DNA of 64,000 nucleotides from an uncultured Acidimicrobiaceae bacterium (GTDB taxonomy: Bacteria > Actinomycetota > Acidimicrobiia > Spongiisociales > UBA5794), in the NCBI GenBank assembly GCA_964460075.1, contig CAYWPC010000006.1:8711-72710 (forward strand), read 5' to 3'. Position numbers and translations under genes: made by a program. Below are positions 59,773 to 64,000 of the stretch, one piece after another; the first letter of the stretch is position 1; each line of letters opens with the position of its first letter. The notes beneath the pieces are model-generated. The model had not been told where the DNA came from, searched no databases, and saw nothing but the letters and a program-made list of their open reading frames with translations.

Positions 59773-62508
59773 ATGGCGTCGTACGACTTTCGTGAGATAG
59801 AAGACCGTTGGCAGAGCATCTGGGCCGACCAGGGGACCTACCGCGTCGCGAACCCAGGCGACCCTGATTTCGATAGTACGAAGCCGAAGAAGTACATCCT
59901 CGACATGTTCCCGTATCCCTCCGGTGCAGGACTGCACGTAGGCCATCCGCTCGGATACATCGGAACCGACATCTACTCGCGCTACCACCGAATGTGTGGC
60001 GCCAATGTCCTTCACCCCATGGGTTTCGACGCGTTCGGCCTACCCGCTGAGCAGTACGCCGTGGAGACGGGGATTCATCCACGCGTCACGACAGACAAGA
60101 ACCTCAAGAACTACACGCGGCAATTGAAGGCGTTCGGATTCTCCTACGACTGGGACCGGTCTCTCGCCACGACCGATCCGGGGTACTACAGGTGGACACA
60201 GTGGATATTTCTCCAACTGTTCGAATCCTGGTTCGATGTGCACAGGCAGAAGGCACGTCCCATCGCCGAACTTGTTGCAGACCTCGAGGACGGATTGAGA
60301 GATGCCGACGGCGTTGCGTGGAGGAATCTCCCACCGGAAGACCGTCTCTCCTATCTCGATAGCCAGCGTTTGGCCTATATCGATGAAGTTCCCGTTAACT
60401 GGTGCCCTGCGCTCGGTACGGTCCTCGCCAACGAAGAGGTCACACCCGAAGGTCGATCTGAACGTGGCAACCACCCCGTTTACCAGCGCCCACTTCGGCA
60501 GTGGATGCTCCGCATCACTGCGTACGCCGATCGTCTCATCGACGAATTGGACCTCGTTGACTGGCCAGAGTCCGTCAAGACGATGCAACGCAACTGGATT
60601 GGGCGTTCGGAGGGCGCACACATCGTGTTCCCCATCGAAGGCCACACCCAGATACGGGTCTTCACGACCAGGCCAGACACCGTCTTCGGAGCGACCTACA
60701 TGGTCTTGGCACCCGAACTTCCCATCGTTGACGAAATCACAGCCGAGCAGTGGCCAGACGGCACGAAACCGAAGTGGACCCTTGGAATCGACGACCCCAA
60801 AACAGCCGTCGAGGCCTACCGGCTTGCCGCATCTCGAAAGTCTGAACTTGAGAGGCAGATCGAGGACAGAGAAAAGACTGGTGTCTTCACCGGTGCCTAT
60901 GCAACCAATCCGCTCACTGGCGACCTCATCCCGATATTCGTCGCGGACTATGTGCTCATGGGGTATGGAACCGGTGCCATCATGGCGGTCCCTGGTCAGG
61001 ACGAGAGGGACTGGGAATTCGCGGACGTCTTCGACCTACCGATCGTGCGAACCGTTCAGCCGCCAGTGGAGTTCGATGGCGACGCATACACAGGAGAAGG
61101 TCCAGCGATCAATTCGGGCTTCCTCGACGGTCTCGATGTCGACGCAGCGAAGATTCGGATCATCCAGTGGCTTGAGTCGAACGGCCACGGGGAAGGCACG
61201 ATCACGTACAAGTTACGCGACTGGCTTTTCTCCAGGCAGCGCTACTGGGGCGAGCCCATCCCGATTCTCCATGGACCCAATGGTGAGCTGCTGGCTGTAC
61301 CAGACGAGGACCTCCCGCTTCGGCTCCCAGAGGTCGACGATTACCGACCGCACGCATCGAACGACGAGGACGCCGAACCGACGCCTGCGCTGGCGAACGC
61401 GCCCGATAGTTGGAAACACGTTGAGATCGACGGCGTTGCCTATACGCGAGAGCTCAACACGATGCCCCAGTGGGCTGGCTCGTGCTGGTACTACCTTCGC
61501 TACCTCGACCCACACAATGAGGAGGTACTGGTTGCACCGACAGCCGAGGAGTACTGGATGGGTGACCAAGGTGTTGACCTCTACGTTGGAGGTGTCGAAC
61601 ACGCCGTCTTGCACCTGTTGTACTCCCGGTTCTGGCACAAGGTGCTCAATGATCTTGGCCATGTGTCGACGAGGGAGCCGTTCGGTCGGTTGTTCAACCA
61701 GGGATACATCCTCGCTGACGCATTCCAGGACGATCGCGGCGTGTATGTGCATGCAGATGAGGTCCTCGGTGAAGGCGAATCCTTCACGCACAACGGCGAA
61801 CCTGTCTCGCGTGTGTATGGAAAGATGGGAAAGTCACTGAAGAACTCGGTCAATCCCGATGACATCTTCGAGGAATACGGCGTCGACACACTCCGACTCT
61901 ACGAGATGTTCATGGGTCCGCTCGACGCATCACGTCCATGGTCGACCCGCGACATCGTTGGTGTGCACCGGTTCCTTCAACGTCTGTGGCGCGCATTCAT
62001 TGACGAAGACACGGACACCGTGTTGGTCTCGGACGATCCCGCAGAAGGTGAACTCCTGATTCTTCTGCATCGAACGATCGAGGCTGTCACAGATGACATG
62101 GAGAACCTGCACTTCAACACGGCAGTCGCTCGGCTGTTCGAACTCAACAACGCGCTCGTCGCTGAGCCGAGCGTTCCTGCGGACGTAGCAGACGTGCTTC
62201 CGAGACTGCTGGCCCCACTCGCTCCCCACATCAGTGAGGAGCTGTGGCACCGAATGGGCAAGAGCGGATCTGTCGTTGACGCGCCATGGCCTACGTTTGA
62301 TGCAGCGATCATCGCTGAGGACACGGCAACGATGGTTGTTCAGGTGAACGGAAAGGTCCGCGACCGCATCGGAGTTCCCGTGCACATCTCGGAGAAGGAA
62401 GCATTGCTGCTTGCGTTGGCGTCCGAGCGCGTCCTTGCGCACACCGGGGGAGCGGATCCTCGCAAGGTCATCGCGAGGCTGCCCAACGTGCTGAGCATCG
62501 TAGTGTGA
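59773..62508 (+). CDS. leuS: Leucine--tRNA ligase
   Basis: HVGH and KMGKS motifs; CP1 editing domain. AAGGAG RBS. Confidence 0.95.
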   Translation: MASYDFREIEDRWQSIWADQGTYRVANPGDPDFDSTKPKKYILDMFPYPSGAGLHVGHPLGYIGTDIYSRYHRMCGANVLHPMGFDAFGLPAEQYAVETGIHPRVTTDKNLKNYTRQLKAFGFSYDWDRSLATTDPGYYRWTQWIFLQLFESWFDVHRQKARPIAELVADLEDGLRDADGVAWRNLPPEDRLSYLDSQRLAYIDEVPVNWCPALGTVLANEEVTPEGRSERGNHPVYQRPLRQWMLRITAYADRLIDELDLVDWPESVKTMQRNWIGRSEGAHIVFPIEGHTQIRVFTTRPDTVFGATYMVLAPELPIVDEITAEQWPDGTKPKWTLGIDDPKTAVEAYRLAASRKSELERQIEDREKTGVFTGAYATNPLTGDLIPIFVADYVLMGYGTGAIMAVPGQDERDWEFADVFDLPIVRTVQPPVEFDGDAYTGEGPAINSGFLDGLDVDAAKIRIIQWLESNGHGEGTITYKLRDWLFSRQRYWGEPIPILHGPNGELLAVPDEDLPLRLPEVDDYRPHASNDEDAEPTPALANAPDSWKHVEIDGVAYTRELNTMPQWAGSCWYYLRYLDPHNEEVLVAPTAEEYWMGDQGVDLYVGGVEHAVLHLLYSRFWHKVLNDLGHVSTREPFGRLFNQGYILADAFQDDRGVYVHADEVLGEGESFTHNGEPVSRVYGKMGKSLKNSVNPDDIFEEYGVDTLRLYEMFMGPLDASRPWSTRDIVGVHRFLQRLWRAFIDEDTDTVLVSDDPAEGELLILLHRTIEAVTDDMENLHFNTAVARLFELNNALVAEPSVPADVADVLPRLLAPLAPHISEELWHRMGKSGSVVDAPWPTFDAAIIAEDTATMVVQVNGKVRDRIGVPVHISEKEALLLALASERVLAHTGGADPRKVIARLPNVLSIVV

Positions 62509-62897
62509 GCATTCCCGCCGAGATCGCGGTCGTTCGTGCTGGCCTCGATGCCACGTCCCTCGATGCTCAAGGTGTCCGACTCGTTGCTATGCCGTGGATG
62601 GCCAGCGTTGCTTTCGGACGCAGCGTGCAGGCGATAACGCTCAACCGAACGATCTTCATCCAGCCGTCAATGTACGATCGAGTCGCGTCTGGCGTCGAAC
62701 CGTCGCTGCTGGTGCACGAGCTGATACATGTGGCACAGTGGCGTGACCAGGGCATTGTTGGGTTCACGTTCCAATACGTGGCTCAATACGCTCGGCTTCG
62801 GTTGCTCGGTGTCGGCCATGATGCTGCGTATCGAGGAGTCAGCTTCGAGTATGCAGCATTCGACGCGGCGAAGCGCTCACGGAGATACGCGGCGTGA
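62505..62897 (+). CDS. DUF4157-type putative zinc metallopeptidase domain protein (HExxH)
   Basis: LLVHELIHVAQW, the DUF4157 hallmark. Stand-alone, 130 aa. GTGA overlap with leuS. Confidence 0.55.
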   Translation: MSIPAEIAVVRAGLDATSLDAQGVRLVAMPWMASVAFGRSVQAITLNRTIFIQPSMYDRVASGVEPSLLVHELIHVAQWRDQGIVGFTFQYVAQYARLRLLGVGHDAAYRGVSFEYAAFDAAKRSRRYAA

Positions 62898-63685
62898 CGC
62901 AGGTGCCGCCTCCACCGCCAGGGTATCTTCCCGTGTCCAAGTGGCGATTGTGGGACTTCGTCACGGTGTTCTTCGCGGGTATCGGCGGATCGATCGTGGC
63001 CACCGTCGTCGTGGTTGGAGTTGGTGCAGATCCTCTCGATCCGCTTCCGTTCTCCCTGGTTTTCCTGACGCAGGCCGCGGCGAGTTTCTGGGTAGTGGTA
63101 GTGCTCTCGAGACGGAGAGGGTCAGGATCGCTCGCGGCCGATGTCGGCCTGATCGTTCGACCTGGCCACTGGTGGGGAGTCGTCGTCGGTATGGGCCTCC
63201 AAGTCGCGATCTCGCTCATCACTGCGCCGTTCATCCTGTGGATGTTCCCTGACGGCCCCCCACAACAAGGTGTGTCCGAGATCGCTGGACAGTCCGACAC
63301 CGTCGTCGATCAACTCGCGGTATTTGTAGCAATCGCTGTTGTAGCGCCGATCATCGAGGAGATCATCTTCCGTGGAATCTTGCTGTCGGTGCTCGACAGG
63401 GTGATGGCGAAGTGGCCAGCAATCCTCGTATCTGCCGCGGTGTTCGCGTCGGTTCACCTCCTCGATCCAAACGCGATTGCGGTGATTCCCGGCCTCTTCC
63501 TCGTGGGTATCGCCCTTGCATGGGCTGCGCTGCGCACTGGTGATCTCTCACTCCCCATAGCACTCCACAGCGGCATCAATCTCCTTGCTGCGATCAGTAT
63601 CTTGTATGGGACCGAGCTGCTGAACTGGTCCGAACAGCAGCTTCAACAGATGCAAGGCATCATCAGATTCGTCTGGTTCTTCTGA
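62894..63685 (+). CDS. CPBP family (CAAX/Abi) intramembrane metalloprotease
   Basis: EEIIFRG (EExxxR) and FASVHLL (FxxxH) motifs. Multi-TM. GTGA overlap with the upstream gene. Confidence 0.75.
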   Translation: MTQVPPPPPGYLPVSKWRLWDFVTVFFAGIGGSIVATVVVVGVGADPLDPLPFSLVFLTQAAASFWVVVVLSRRRGSGSLAADVGLIVRPGHWWGVVVGMGLQVAISLITAPFILWMFPDGPPQQGVSEIAGQSDTVVDQLAVFVAIAVVAPIIEEIIFRGILLSVLDRVMAKWPAILVSAAVFASVHLLDPNAIAVIPGLFLVGIALAWAALRTGDLSLPIALHSGINLLAAISILYGTELLNWSEQQLQQMQGIIRFVWFF

Positions 63686-63828
63686 ACTGGCTCTCTTCGA
63701 TGTCTCAGGAACTAGGATCAGCGCACGATTTCGACTCGGCGGTGCCGTCGACGGGAGCCCAAGATATTCCCTTCGATGGTGCTGATGGCTACCAATGTTG
63801 ACCCAACCGTGCTTGTGAGGGGCGTACC

Positions 63829-64000
63829 GTGACATCTCGAGAACACCACTGGGAGCGCGTGTACCAAGACCGCGGGCCGATCAATGTGTCGTGGTATCAG
63901 GAGCACGCTTCCCGATCCTTGGATTTGATCGCGGCTACAAGGGTCGATCTGGACGCCTCGATCATCGATATCGGCGGTGGAGCATCGCCGTTGGTGGATG
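63829..64000 (+). CDS. Probable SAM-dependent methyltransferase, 3'-truncated by the window edge
   Basis: N-terminal HWERVYQ...VSWYQ...IIDIGGGAS (motif I). GTG start. Not in the ORF track. Confidence 0.45.
   Translation, partial: MTSREHHWERVYQDRGPINVSWYQEHASRSLDLIAATRVDLDASIIDIGGGASPLVD

Overview
This is a high-GC actinobacterial chromosomal segment, about 64 kb, densely coded with many ATGA/GTGA start-stop overlaps. Local synteny resembles Mycobacterium in several places (JAMM...MBL-rph-rdgB; valS-folC-ndk; rplU-rpmA-obg-proB; nadD-rsfS; tig-clpP-clpX), but an mreBCD-mrdA-rodA rod-shape cluster is also present. It contains the following blocks. (1) 1-10.3 kb: a reductive pyrimidine catabolism cluster (class-III aminotransferase, dihydropyrimidinase, CoA-acylating malonate-semialdehyde dehydrogenase, PreT/PreA dihydropyrimidine dehydrogenase) with an embedded NitT/TauT-type ABC importer. 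(2) Housekeeping genes: pfkA, rph, rdgB, tig, clpP, clpX, valS, folC, ndk, the rod-shape cluster, tdk, rne, rplU, rpmA, obg, proB, nadD, rsfS, apt, proA-like and leuS. (3) A tRNA-rich accessory hotspot at 16.7-20.0 kb (tRNA-Leu, Lys, Pro, Gly, Arg, His). It holds three copies of a ~47-bp repeat, two of them inverted around an AbiEi_4/DUF559 gene, plus a divergent methyltransferase / ANT(2'')-like nucleotidyltransferase pair. (4) A ~2.9-kb decayed integrative element inserted in the 3' end of tRNA-Ala(GGC) at 46.5-49.4 kb, bounded by ~60-bp direct repeats. It carries a frameshifted tyrosine-integrase remnant, two unannotated small ORFs (a 44-aa Lys-rich protein and a 46-aa zinc ribbon), a 4 x 33-bp tandem repeat and a lipoprotein. 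(5) A MoxR-VWA-orphan receiver-M23 peptidase module between proB and nadD. (6) A minus-strand copper homeostasis operon (copZ-merR-copZ-P1B ATPase) with a textbook MerR-type promoter (TTGACC-N19-TATGTT carrying a 9-3-9 dyad). (7) A translationally coupled DUF4157 (HExxH) / CPBP protease pair after leuS. No CRISPR array and no rRNA were seen. Several long ORFs in the track are antisense or out-of-frame artefacts of the high GC content.
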